A stretch of 59,395 bases of DNA, filler included, from Squatina squatina (taxonomy: Eukaryota), in assembly GCA_031763465.1 (NCBI GenBank). It is 3 parts of 3 records of this genome, joined end to end, with 100 filler letters (N's around TTAATTAATTAA, not from the genome) between each part and the next. Parts side by side here need not be neighbours in the genome. Positions count along the whole stretch, not along the records: positions 28,002 to 45,199 come from JARFOE010000192.1; positions 45,300 to 59,395 come from JARFOE010000162.1; 1 more part is not named here. One strand, 5' to 3'. Made by a program: the position numbers and the translations under genes. Positions 33,826 through 46,767 of the stretch are shown here, one piece after another. How positions within the stretch are numbered: position 1 is the stretch's first letter; each line of letters opens with the position of its first letter. A model generated the notes under the pieces. The model did not search any database and was not told where the DNA came from. It saw only the letters and a list, made by a program, of their open reading frames with translations.

Positions 33826-34153
33826 TCGGCCGTGGCTCAGTGGGTAGCACGCTTGCCTCTGAGTCAGAATGTTGTGGGTTCAAGTCCCACTCCAAGGAAC
33901 TTGAACACCTAAATCCAGGCTGACACTCCAGTGCAGTGCTGAGAGAGTGCTGCACTGTCAAAGGTGCTGTCTTTTAGATAAGAGGTTAAACCGAGGCCTT
34001 GTCTGCTCTCTCAGGTGGATATAAAAGATACCATGGCACTATTTCAAAGAAGAGCAGGGGAGTTATACCTGGTGTCCTGGCCAACATTTATCCCTCAATC
34101 AACATAACAAAAACAGATTATCTGGTCATTATCACATTGCTGTTTGTGGGAGC
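33826..34153 (+). mobile_element. tRNA-derived Deu-SINE (SacSINE1-like), 3' end in gap
   Basis: A box TGGCTCAGTGG, B box GGTTCAAGTCC, Deu core. Further fragments at ~33440-33540(-), 47980-48110(+), 52260-52510(-). Confidence 0.88.
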
Positions 34154-34253
34154 NNNNNNNNNNNNNNNNNNNNNNNNNNNNNNNNNNNNNNNNNNNNNNN
34201 NNNNNNNNNNNNNNNNNNNNNNNNNNNNNNNNNNNNNNNNNNNNNNNNNNNNN

Positions 34254-34772
34254 TTTGGGAATTTGGAAAGAGTGGGAATTCTGAGAAGAGGGGGAAGGAG
34301 TTGTTGCTTTTTGCCTGCACTATTTGTAGTGCTTTGTGTTACAGGTAAATATTTAATGTCATTGCTCATAACTTACTCTAGATCAAGTGAGTAATCAAGA
34401 AACTAAACTGTAAACTACATTACTTAAATACAAATTTAATTAAATTTAATTAAATAGAACAAGGTCATATAGATATGGCAGTGCAGGTGGTGTGCCACAA
34501 CTGCAGCATGTGGAAGTTTGTGGAGAGCATTGTGAGCACGGACAACCATGTTTGCAGTAAGTGCCTGCATCTTTAGGAATTTCAGCGCAGAGCTGTTAAG
34601 CGGGAGTTTGAGGTGCAGGCATTGCGGGGCAACAAGAAGGGGGAGAGTTACCTGGACACTTTGATCCAGGAGGCAGTCACACCTGTTAGACTAGGTAGTG
34701 GTACAGGTCAGGTTAGTGGTCTGCGACAGGAAGATGTGACTGCAACTCAGGCAGGTAAAGGGAACCCAGTTG
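34254..34772 (+). mobile_element. CR1 LINE 5' UTR/ORF1 fragment (N-terminal zinc finger), degenerate
   Basis: MAVQVVCHNCSMW......DNHVCSKCLHL*....E.EVQAL...EGESYLDTL.QEAVTP, with an internal stop. Confidence 0.7.
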
Positions 34773-37324
34773 NNNNNNNNNNNNNNNNNNNNNNNNNNNN
34801 NNNNNNNNNNNNNNNNNNNNNNNNNNNNNNNNNNNNNNNNNNNNNNNNNNNNNNNNNNNNNNNNNNNNNNNNCACAAGAATTTATAGGCTGATAGTTTGT
34901 TAGAATTACACTCATTCCCAGCCATTCTGGATCAAACATTTTCAGGACCTGAAAATTTATTCTGTACAATCATATTCAAAGCTCAGCATTGCTGCCAAAA
35001 CAATTTTAAGAACATTTCTTCAAGTAAGCTGATTGGTCAGTTTTGTTGTGATTACAGTTTGTAGCTTTTCCTACCTGACGGGTGAATGGAGCTGGTTTTA
35101 GATTGGTTTACATATTGTCAATAAGGTATTTGCGACAATCAACATTATTAACTCAATAGATACCAGTAACGTGAGTCAATCAATTTTTTTTTTGCCCTAA
35201 GGATATGTGACGTCTTCAAAAGTGGTGTCATGTTCTAGATGTGAGGCATTTAATTATATAGGTGTATGAATTACTTGTAACCTATGTCAACCATGCTGCA
35301 GATAAAAGGGTAACTGTGCTTTGCAGGGCTATTTTTATTACAACTAAATACAAGCTGTAAGGACATGGATACAAGGAGATTTACAAATAATACATCAAAA
35401 CATGAATNNNNNNNNNNTCCTGCTCCTATTTTCTAAGGGTCTATGTAGGAATCTGACTGTATATATATGCCAAATAGTAATGAGAAAGGACTGGGAATGC
35501 TGTTTTCATGACCTGCCAACAACTGAAGGAAATTATAGCCTTTATGGAAATACTTACCGAACTGAAATACATATGGAATTTATTAGTACCAGAAGGGAAT
35601 TAACTGAATGTGGGTCATGATTTGGCCTGTTTGATGAACTCATTTCCAAGACAAATATGTTTCTCAAACAATAGCGCCAATTTTTTTTAAAGAAAAGTTG
35701 AAAGGCAAAACTTTACTGATAAGACTATTGCAAAAGATCAAAATATTGCTGGTGCATGCTCCCAGTTTTCAAAGTCCAATACTTTTATGTACCCTATTAC
35801 TTAGGAGTAACAAGGAGTTTCACACATACAGTGACAAAACCTATTTCGGTAGAAATTGTCTACATCTGATCGCTGTGTTTTAGGACCTAAGGGATGGCGG
35901 TTAACTGAAAATTAAGCTGATATCTATTGTCTTGAGACATACCATCTATACCTTGGAGTCGGGTTTTGTGTGTGCGGGGCACATAGATGGTTAGGAACGC
36001 GATCTTGTGAGCAGCTTTGTTCAATGCAACTTAAATAATGGCCCCAATTAAGCCAGTCGTTCGTGTTTCCCAGCCCAATTAAATGAAANNNNNNNNNNNN
36101 NNNNNNNNNNNNNNNNNNNNNNNNNNNNNNNNNNNNNNNNNNNNNNNNNNNNNNNNNNNNNNNNNNNNNNNNNNNNNNNNNNNNNNNNAGCAAATCATTA
36201 CGGATTGCATTCGTGTTTGTATTTACGCATTGACTGGTGAAACTGATTAAAATGAGTGTGTTGTTCCTGAGACCATTAAGTCTCCCTTACTGTAACTATT
36301 TTGCAGACAAATATGTAGGTTTCCTGCCCACTGCTCAGGAGTTAACTTAATAAATGAAGGATGTGATGCCCTAGTTCCCTATGCCTGACCACACCTCCAC
36401 TAAATGAAAAAGAAAGTTAACATCACTCAGCATAATGAGACAAACAGCTTCTCCGTCCTATTCGCTCAATTGTACTCTGTCTTTGCCTTGCTCACTCACA
36501 CGCACTTTCTTTCTGTCTCACTCACTCATTCTCTTTCCCCCCTGCTGTTCTTACTTGTTCATACTCTCTCCCTGCCTTGCTCACTCATATGCTTCCCTGT
36601 TTTTCTCACTGACTCACACTTTGTCGTCTTCACTCACCCTATCTTCCTATTTTACTTGTTGGCTTACATGCACTCTCTGCTCCGATCACTGTTTCATAAT
36701 CAATTTCTTAATTTTGAGATTGCTTGAAGTCAGTTACACCAACCAAAATTTCAAAGGTGAACATCTACCAACAGGAAAAAGCACAATCCTGATCCTCAAC
36801 AATACATTGTTAAAGTAAAATATCTATTTTTATTAAATAAAATTATTATTCAAAGCTCAAAGCTTTCCTAAACCCTACCTGCCTTATTGTTACATCTTGT
36901 TTTTTTCATCAGGTTTTTGGTGCATTGCGAGCAACAAGAAAATGGAAAAACTGGATAAGCCAAAGTTTTGTATTTTCATAAGACGTGAAGTACAATTGTT
37001 TTTGGCAGCTCGCACTGGATTTTCAGTTTGTTCTGGAATTTTTCCACTGGACCCAAGTAGCTATCTTGGAATTGCTGTACAGTGCGAATATAAAAAGGCA
37101 GACTGTGGCTGAATTATTCTGGCTGCTTTCCCAGTGTCTGGATTTCAATTAATGTGGTGCAGATATATGGAAATTTGCATCTTTTTCCCAGTCTGTCACC
37201 CGTAGGTACAGNNNNNNNNNNNNNNNNNNNNNNNNNNNNNNNNNNNNNNNNNNNNNNNNNNNNNNNNNNNNNNNNNNNNNNNNNNNNNNNNNNNNNNNNN
37301 NNNNNNNNNNNAGGTTTGGAATGG

Positions 37325-38610
37325 CTCACAATGATTTTGCGCTCTAATAGAAAGGTCAGCAGCGATGTTACTGCCCTGAAAAACCAGGCGGTGTCATCGC
37401 CCGTTTTGCACCCAAAGAATTGAGTGCAATTCTTTGTCGGGTAGCCATTTTGGGCGGTGCGCCCTCTGATGATGTCATGGAGGCCATTTAGCGCCTAGCG
37501 CCACGTTTCTAGCGCTCCTGAGTTAGCGCCCATTTAGCGCCGGTGCTGAACTGAGGCCAATTGCGCAAATTTCAATTTAGTGCCAGAAACGGGCGTTAGA
37601 CCCCTAACGCCCGTTCTATGCCCATTTATCGCTAGCGCCGGAGTGCCAATTGGGCACCCCCAGTGTTGTATCAATATGAGTAAACACTACCTCAGTGATT
37701 CAGGGCTGGCAGGATGTTCAGAAGATGATACACTTTTAAAAAGGCACAAAAGTAAGTCATGTATGTTACTGTAGAGCACAACACAGATATCCACAAGAGG
37801 GAAAGTAGTAGCGTAAAAGGTATATGTAAAAAAAAATGCTGTACAACACAAAGAAATAGGAGCAGGGTTCGGCCATACGACCCTTCAAGACTGTTCCACC
37901 ATGTAATAAGATCATGGCTGACCTTTGACCTCAACCTCATTTTCCTGCCTGATCCCCATATCCCTTGATTCCCTTACAATCCAAAATCTATCTATTTCAG
38001 CCTTGAATCTACTCAATGACTGAACCTCCACAGCCTTCTGGGGTAAAAAATTCCAAAGGTTTACCAGCCCCCGAGTGAAGAAATTTCTCCCCATCTCATT
38101 TCTAAATGGCCTAATATCCTGAGAAAATGAAATTCCCTGGGGAGCACCCACAGGGCGGTAATGCTCTGGGGCTGACATTTTTTGTGCCGGCCCCCGAAGC
38201 TGCGCCCCTGCCACGGTATTCACGATACCACGGCGGAAATGAGGCGGAGTGATGCCCACCTCACTTCCGGGGTGGTATCAGGGGATTCGAGCCCTTACGT
38301 CGGGAGCGTGGCGTTGACTATATTAGCTTTGTTCTCCCAACATCAGCGCATTGATGCCAACCGCGACCTCGCCCCCTCCCTTAAAGGGGAGGGCCGCCGG
38401 CCAATGTAACGCCACCCCACGGCCCACCACTGGGCCACCAGGGACACCGGTGACCGGGTCACCAGACCGGCACGTTAATTGGTCGGCCGACCACAGTGTT
38501 GGCTGACAATAAACAATGGTGACCTCCGGAGCTCCAGCCTTCCCCTTTAAGGGGCCGCACCAGTGACCGCTTCGCGCTCCGTGAAGCTGTCGCTGCCACT
38601 GAGCCCCGCA
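37325..38610. mobile_element. GC-rich non-autonomous DNA-element (Harbinger/MITE-like) fragments flanking a CR1 piece
   Basis: CpG-rich blocks with recurring TTAGCGCC, CCTTTAA(A)GG and ACTTACCT motifs, also seen at ~12430-13075, 30850-31257, 48829-49050, 55147-55573, 56921-57620. Family assignment is inference. Confidence 0.4.
37845..38120 (-). mobile_element. CR1 LINE 3' end
   Basis: RPFRNEMGRNFFTR.LVNLWN.LPQKAVE..SL..FK.EIDRF plus tail. Similar pieces at 25700-25771, 39708-39860, 47585-47790, 49878-50105, 54385-54470. Confidence 0.85.
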
Positions 38611-41339
38611 GNNNNNNNNNNNNNNNNNNNNNNNNNNNNNNNNNNNNNNNNNNNNNNNNNNNNNNNNNNNNNNNNNNNNNNNNNNNNNNNNNNNNNNNNN
38701 NNNNNNNNNNNCATGAAAATTTCTGCTGAGATGGAGATCCAATTTCAGTTCCGCTGGTTAAGAATCCAGTGCCCTATCATTTTAGCTACAATATCATCCT
38801 ATGCATTATGTGCTGTTCCTACTGATGGAGAAAAATAGTAGCAGATATTTTTGAAACGGCTATTCAAAAATTGCTGCATTCTAACCTTGTGTATGCTCAA
38901 ATATACAGTACATTAAAGTTCCAGTTGATGACTCATTTACTCTGGGTTTCATCTGTGCTTGTTCAACTGTTGATTTGTGCTCCAGGAAGAATACCACAGT
39001 TTTGAGCATCCCTTCCCCCGCCATCCCAAAAAAGGGCAAAAATGTGGCTGGAAAAGACCAAGGACCGTCGAGTTGGTTTGATTTCTAAAGGCTGTAAAAT
39101 ACCGCCCGAGTACATTCTTATCAACAGAGGCTGCAAAAATGCTGGATTGACACTGTTTCTGCTTATCCATAATATATAGCTAAGAAGTAATGTGCAGAAA
39201 AGTGCCAGCCCTATTTTGCTGATGCCTAAATAAGGGAAACAATATTGAGGCCACAGCCCACTACAGTGCTGTTATACTCTCTCGACTGCTACGTGGCTTT
39301 GATTGTGTGTTGATCTGACTGATCTCTGGAATGTACCCATAACACTGGATCGTTTTTCAAACTTCCCTTGAGGCTAGTGATTTCATGCACAGTTGTTCTG
39401 CGCTTAGTACTGTTCAGAAAGATGTAGTTCGACACCACATCCTGCTTTTAAATGTTCGGTCAAACCAGACTTTTAAAAATATTAAAACTCCACAAAACAT
39501 ATTTTTTCTGCAAATGGATTCTGCTGACGTTTCTCTAAACTTCCACGTTGATAGTCTGGGTTGTGGAACAAAAAGATACTTGCGTTTATAAGTTAGTCAG
39601 GCAATAANNNNNNNNNNNNNNNNNNNNNNNNNNNNNNNNNNNNNNNNNNNNNNNNNNNNNNNNNNNNNNNNNNNNNNNNNNNNNNNNNNNNNNNNNNNNN
39701 NNNNNNNATGATCATGGCTGATTGTCTAATTCAGTACCCTGTTCCCGCTTTCTCCCCATATCCCTTGATCCCTTTAGCATTAAGCAATATATCTATCTCC
39801 TTCTTGAATATATTTAATGACTTGGCCTTCACTGCATTCTGTGGTATAGAGTTCCACAGTATATTCAGAATATATTTGGGAGATATGACCATTTTGCACA
39901 TCTGCATCAAATATACAAACCTTCACAATGGAACAAACTAGTTAGTTTAGTTTGAAAAGATAATACTGCTAATTGAATCAAGGAAAGGAACTAATCTGAT
40001 CTTTAAATTAGACACAATTAAATTTTTATGTAAATGACACTGAGCAATTCAAGCTCTGCTACAAATGTTACAACTGCGGTGTAAAGGTATCATATTTTCT
40101 CAAACTTTGAGCAATTTTTAAAGCTGTAAGGAAGTCTATCAGTCTCAGCAATCTGGGGAAATTATCAAACGTTCCCCTGCAGTCTGTCTCAGGTCAGTGA
40201 AGTTGGTCCACTGCTTATTTTGGCTCTATTCATCATTTTTCTACGAACCACACACTTACATTTGGGTCTGTTTCAACTCAGCAGTACACTGGTGTTCGCA
40301 ATAGACTGAGGCTCTTTTAGGTTATTTTAGTTTTAGTTATATATTATAATTTTTTAAGAGAAGTTTGCTGAAGGGGGTTGAGATTTTTGTCGAAAATAGT
40401 TAATGCAGATGAAAACTTTTTGTTGAACGCTGCACTTTTTTGTGGAAGTATAACATAGCCGAAAATTCCCTAGGGTTCCAGCTGGCAGTCTACGTGGAAA
40501 CAATTGCATACACTACTTATGTAGTTGGATAGAGCAAATAAATAGGCTTCTCTCTGGCGTCTCAACCACATTGTCGAGGATAGATTCAGAACGGACTTTT
40601 CAGCAAAAGTTGAAATGTTGAAAAGACGTTGCGAGTTCGTAGCGTCAAGTTTGTTTGTGCCTGGTTGATAAGGTATNNNNNNNNNNNNNNNNNNNNNNNN
40701 NNNNNNNNNNNNNNNNNNNNNNNNNNNNNNNNNNNNNNNNNNNNNNNNNNNNNNNNNNNNNNNNNNNNNNNNNNNNCTGGTCTTGCCAGCGACGCCCACA
40801 TCCTGTGAATTAATCATTTTTTAAAATGTAAAATGTACCGTTCTCACCTGTAAGTAGAGTTGGAATAATGGGTGTTGTTGAAGAGATAAAATGGGGGACT
40901 TTTGATCATAGCTCATGAATGACTCACATATTTAAATTACTTTTGACTGCATTGATGTAAATAGCAGACATTATGGTGAGCTGAATGAGTTATTTTTGCT
41001 AAACAAATATTTTGCGTCTTTCTTCACAGTAGAAGACACAGAACATACCAGAAATTGTGGGGATTCAAGGGGCTAGTGAGAGTGAGGAACTAATAATAGT
41101 AAATAAAAAATCCTAGAAAAATTAATGGAGCTGAATTTGCGATTGGAGGCTTCCTGCGTTTGGATGCCTCTGATCGCAAATATCTCTACGAACTTACCTG
41201 AGGGTCCGGAAGCCATGTAAAGTTGCTGTCTTCTGCCTCCACAGTTGGGCATGCGCAGCGGGGCTCTTCTCTTCCATTTCTAAGTTCTTTGGAGAGGTCA
41301 CATGGGAGGCCCCAACCGATCAGGTAGGAGTATTTCTTT

Positions 41340-41640
41340 TTTATATTCATTCCTGGGATGTGGGCATCACTGCCAAGGCCGGCATTTATTGCCCATCCCT
41401 AGTTGCCCTTGAACCGCTGCAGTCCGTGCGGTGAAGTTGCTCCCACAATGCTGTTAGGTCGGGAGTTCTAGGATTTTGACCCAGCGATGATGAAGGAATG
41501 GGCAACATATGTTCGAGTCGGGATGGTGTGTGTGACTTGGAGGGGAACTTGGCGGTGGTGGTGTTCCCACAAGTCTGCTGCCCTTGTCCTTCTCGGTGGT
41601 GAAGGTCCCGGGTTTGAGAGGTACTGTCGCAAATGCTGCC
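41340..41640 (-). mobile_element. LINE 3' end (CR1/L2-group) sharing its tail with the SINE at 16583-16953
   Basis: RTRAADLWEHHHRQVPLQVTH..TRTYVA.SFI.AGSKS on the minus strand, plus the shared tail. Confidence 0.7.
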
Positions 41641-44619
41641 TGAGGACTTCCTTTGATGTCAGGTGATGAGGTACTCCCACTCTAGGTATATGCCCTACAT
41701 TTTTGGGATCACCTGTGCCAGAGAGCTGGGGGCAAAAGAAGGGTTGAAATTAAATGGAAAATGGAGAGGGCAAACAACACAACTCTTTGGCTTTCCTTTA
41801 TTATTCATCGGGCACTGAGGTGAAATGGCCGAGGCTCATCATGAACGACCCAAACAAGATTGGAAAAGGAAGGAGGGAAGACAAGTTAAATCAAGAAGTG
41901 GCGACTGCAGGAGTTTGAAATTTTATTCTCTGGAGTTTTATTCTAATGAAAGTATTAGCATGAGAATTGAAAACTTGAGAATTGATCTCAAACCACACAC
42001 CAACAAACAACAGCCAGCCTGCGCAGTCAAAGGTCAAGGCACGAGCAGACGCAGACCCAAATATCAAACCGAGGATTCTTTTAGAGCTTATTAATGGAAT
42101 ATACTTAATTCCCACTGGAATCCTATTTATAGGAGGGTTCATTGTGCTGTGCGCATTTCCCTATCGCCTGCTCTGATCTCCACTCGCTTACAGGTGACGG
42201 GTTATGCTGGAAAACTGGCTCTGATTCCGTTGACTCACTGATTTACAATTTGTTTAATTAATTATTGAAAATTTGTACATTACATATATTATTCATCATG
42301 GCATCTATTTTGTTAAATAATTACAATTTAATGTATTCCTTTTTCAGATGCAAAACAGACAGTAAGTTGCATTTCTCCCCCACTGATATTAGGCTTCGAT
42401 GTACATATTTTAACAAAACAAATCAGTACAACAGGATTCACAAATCATGTCTTCTTTTCAGGGTCAAATAAGTGAAGAAAGCTCCACAGATGGTTAAGTA
42501 TTTACCCAAGAAATGACCACGGTAACATAATAATTTGTGTTATCTGTAGATCAAATCCAAGGTTTGTAAGGGAAATACAAACTGCAGTAGGCAGGAGCAA
42601 CAGGGCTGGAGGGAATCAAAGTCAGGCTAGGAACAGTAGGAGGGGCTGAAGTTAAACTCAAAGGTTTAATGACGGAGTTACTCTGCTGTCGTTTTTGCAA
42701 GCCTGTTTTGCACAGCTCAAGCTGGAAGTGACGGCAGCTGATTCTCATTATCTTCTGTGGGCAAAATACCCTCTGCCCTTCCCTTCACCAAAAGGTTGAT
42801 GACCAGCTAGAAGATTTCTGGCTGAACCCTTGTTGAGACCTGGAGCTGTGCTCCTGAAAGCTGTGGGAGTGGCATTAATCACTATTTACTGTGTGCAGGG
42901 TAGTCTCACACTGGGAACATTAAAGCATAGTTCTGGNNNNNNNNNNNNNNNNNNNNNNNNNNNNNNNNNNNNNNNNNNNNNNNNNNNNNNNNNNNNNNNN
43001 NNNNNNNNNNNNNNNNNNNNNNNNNNNNNNNNNNNNTAAGGAACAGGACTTTTTTCACTTTTGTACCATATAGAGCTGTCAACATCAGAGAAATGTTAGA
43101 AGTGTCACTTGTGATCAGCAGGAGAGACACAGCATGAAACCCACTCGAACATATGGAATGGTTATACTGGGCATGTCTGGACTTTAAAGCTGAATTTTTG
43201 CTACTTCTGTGGTTCAATATTAGCTAGCAATTTACTGGAGTATGCTACCAAGTTAGCGGGTAATGTATTAATTTGATAAGAAATTAAGAAAATAAGAGGC
43301 CAGTTATAATACATATTTTTGCAACAATGTGAAACAGTTCCAGCTCTGCGTTGATACAAACTGTGCAGCATAATTCAGGTGGGACATCTCCTAAACTGAA
43401 TTCAGGTAAGCTTTACATCACTTTGGTTTCATACCAGCCCAGTATGACTTCAAATGTGAAAAACTTCCCAGGTAATCCACTGAAGCATTTACATTTCACT
43501 TTTTAATCCATTGAACATTAGCAAAACGTCCCGTTACAGTTTTGGTAACATTAAAATGTAACCAGCATTTGTCAAACTCAGTTTTTACTGGTTGGAGAGC
43601 AACATTGAAGTGGCAATTATCGCTCAGGTCTGCCAGCCTCAGATGCTCTAAACAGGCACTGGCCTCAAGTATGCGTAGTGTAGCAACACCCTACTTTTGA
43701 GTGGCTTTCAAGTAGACTTGGTGCCTGCGTACCAGCTGGCAGGCAGGTGTTACAGAACATGCATTGATCTGCTCTGCATCAGTCATTTGGTATGTTTCCA
43801 GATTTTTTTTCAGAAAATCTTTATTTTTTTTGAACCAGTGAAGAGCTCTTAGAGACTGGGACATTAGCCAGCAGAAGGTTAAATAACTGGTGGAAAACTA
43901 GACCAATGTGGCTCAGACTATGAGGAATGTGATATCATCATGTATTGTGCCACGTATTAGGAACCAGTGTGTAATCGCTTAACCCTAACAGAGCCACTGT
44001 TTCAAGAGACAAACCCAGCTTCAATAGCTGCAGTATGCTGTTACTTCTTCACAATTACTGAAAGTATATTATTACAGATAATAGTAAGTGCTAAAGTCCT
44101 CTTCGCACACTAAAACAAAGCCGTACACTTGGCAAATAATTTGGCCTAGGTATGCACTTCTGTGCTCTGGTCTGGATGCTNNNNNNNNNNNNNNNNNNNN
44201 NNNNNNNNNNNNNNNNNNNNNNNNNNNNNNNNNNNNNNNNNNNNNNNNNNNNNNNNNNNNNNNNNNNNNNNNNNNNNNNNAGTTAGAAGCTGGGCCTTCT
44301 CGGCCCAGAGCTGATCGAGGTCGCCCTCCAAGGCCATCTGCTGTCTCTTCAATTGGAGGTCAGCAGCCTTCCACCACGCATGTTGCAGCCACTGGGGAAG
44401 CAGCTTTTAGGAGCACTAGGCACTAAGGGAATGCACAAGGGTGATTAGTTTATTTTTGTTTGGATTATGTCATGAATAAATTTATAAAATAGGCTTGAAA
44501 TATGCATTTTCTGGTGGTTTTGATTTTTGTGTTGTTGGAAAGAGGACGATTTGATGGTCAGTGATAGAGGAAAAGATGGGAATGGCAGCGAATAGGGAGA
44601 CGTGGCTGAGGTTACTGGT

Positions 44620-45199
44620 ATCGCTCATGAATTAACTGATCACGTAAAGCCCAGGCAGAAAGGGGCAGTCTATGTTGTATCCTTCCTTCCTCTTCCTGTT
44701 CCTCCACTTTCTGTTGCACTTCCTCCTCCTCAGCTTCTCGTCTGATAGGTGGTGCTAAAGGCTATTCTCTCATAATGGCGAGGTTGTGCAGCATACTACC
44801 ACAGGTGAGTACTGCAGGGCTTCTCCAGAGGTATCCAGGCAGCGGAAGCATTGCTTGAGGATGCCGATTGTATGCTCTATAATGTTCCTTGTGGTAGCAG
44901 GTCTTTCATTGTAGGCTTGCTGTGTTTGTGGTACAGAGGACTGTCACAGAATGAAGGAATCATGACTACTGCCAGGATAACGGGCATTTACCTGCATAGC
45001 CACACACCAGCTGCACAGTGAGGAACTGGAATCCCTTTCGGTTCATATCAATGGCGGAGTTGACATGAAGCGCACGCAAGGCAATGTGCATCCAGTCAAT
45101 GGCACCCTACACCATGGGGAAGCCTGTAAGCTGAGCAAACTCTCGTGCTTGTCTCTGTCAAGAGGGAATGAGATGAAGCTGTCTCTCTGTGTATAGTGA
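44620..45199 (-). mobile_element. PIF/Harbinger transposase relic (stops, deletions)
   Basis: GFPMV*GAIDWMHIALRA, NRKGFQFLTVQLVC, NARYPGSSHDSFIL, YNE....TRNIIEHTIGILKQCFRCLDTSGEALQYSP, MLHNLAIMR. Confidence 0.88.
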
Positions 45200-45243
45200 N
45201 NNNNNNNNNNNNNNNNNNNNNNNNNNNNNNNNNNNNNNNNNNN

Positions 45244-45255
45244 TTAATTAATTAA
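45244..45255. other. Artificial assembly spacer TTAATTAATTAA (44N+12+44N)
   Basis: Same construct as 27946-27957. Confidence 0.95.
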
Positions 45256-45299
45256 NNNNNNNNNNNNNNNNNNNNNNNNNNNNNNNNNNNNNNNNNNNN

Positions 45300-46767
45300 A
45301 CACTGTATACCTTGGGGGTTCAGAAAGACATATATTCCTTGTTGGATGAAAGAAAGCGAGGCTCTCTGCCAGGAATAAAACTGAACAAGAACTCAGCCAC
45401 AGCAACCACAATGCTGAAGTCCTTGAACTCGACGAGCCGTGAAAGGTGGGGGAGCTTTGTGGAGAAGACTAACTTCACTCACTCCAGCAGAAAATCATGG
45501 GCCCTGCTCCGTCAAGTTGGTGGGGCAAACAGCGCCTATAAACACAGGACAACAATCAGTGTGGATGCCATTGCATCCCACTTGATACAACCATCAAAGG
45601 TTAAGGTGGACAAAGAATTTCGACGCCAGGAGAAGCGGCAGCTTTCAACAAACTTGATGGCAGCATGAAGAACGTCAGTTATGTCTGATCCGTTCACCTT
45701 GGACAAATTAAATGCAGCCCTGTTGACAACCAAATCTGGAAAAGCTGCTGGTCCAGATGGTATTTACCCTGAATTCTTAAAAGCACTGGGACCCAAAGCT
45801 AAGAGATGGTTGACATCATTCTTCTCTGGGGCACTGGCAACCAGTAAAGTTCCATCTATTTAGAGGGAGACTAAAACAATTGCCCTCCTAAAGCAGGGGA
45901 AGAATGCTTGTGAAGACTACAGATACTGCCCGATCTCCTTACTTTGCACTTGTTATAAAGTGCTGAAGAGGCTACTACTCCACAGGCTAGCCCCCATCAT
46001 CAAGCTAACCATTCCTAAGGAGCAAGTGGGCTTCCGGAGCAGCTGTACCTGCTGCAATGCAGTGGTAGATTTAATAACGCACATCAAAGCAGACTTCCAG
46101 CACCAGCTCAAGACCACCATAGCGCTCGTGGACCTGTCAGCGGCGTATGACACAATATGGAAGCGTGGACTGCTTTTCAAGCTCTCCACCATTTTACTCT
46201 CCAGAACAATGATCCATCTTCTCAACTCCATGTTTAGCAACCGACACTTCAGTGTGTACACTGGCACCCAGAAGAGCAGAAATAGGACCTTGAACAATGG
46301 ACTTCCACAGGGTTCTGTCCTGCCACCCATATTATTCAGCATTTACACCAAAGACCTGCCCAAAACAGTATCCTGCAAGTTCATATACACTGATGATATT
46401 GCCTTGGCCACGCAACACATGAATCTGTCTATCACCGAAGAGACCCTGACCAGTGATTTGCAGAGGATGGAGGCCTACCTCCGCCGATGGCGACTTTGGC
46501 CAAACCCGCAAAAGACCGTCACCTCAACACCCATCAAGCAAACCAAGCTTTGAAAGTGTTCTTTTGTGACACAGAGGTAAACCATGCCAAAAAACACTCC
46601 TATTTAGGAGTCATGCTTGATCGCACCCTGTCACGGAGGCAACATCTCCAGGACCTTCGGAAGAAACTAAAGAGTAAGGTCAACTTGATCTACAATTCGC
46701 TGGATCCACATCGGGAGCAGATGCTCAAACCCTCCATATGACAGCACTCGCCCTGGTGTACTCTACA
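45300..46767 (+). mobile_element. Non-LTR retrotransposon RT region, Vingi/Ingi-like, inactivated
   Basis: NFTHSSRKSW.LLR, GKAAGPDGI.PEFLK, PISLL, EQ.GFR, VDLSAAYDT, NGLPQGSVL.P.LF.IYT.D.P, FIYTDD, YLGV.LDRTLS, TALALVYS; several stops and frameshifts. Confidence 0.85.

Noticed and set aside
33826-33895. tRNA gene
   Set aside because: It is the A/B-box head of a SINE and continues into the SINE core; no proper cloverleaf end or terminator.
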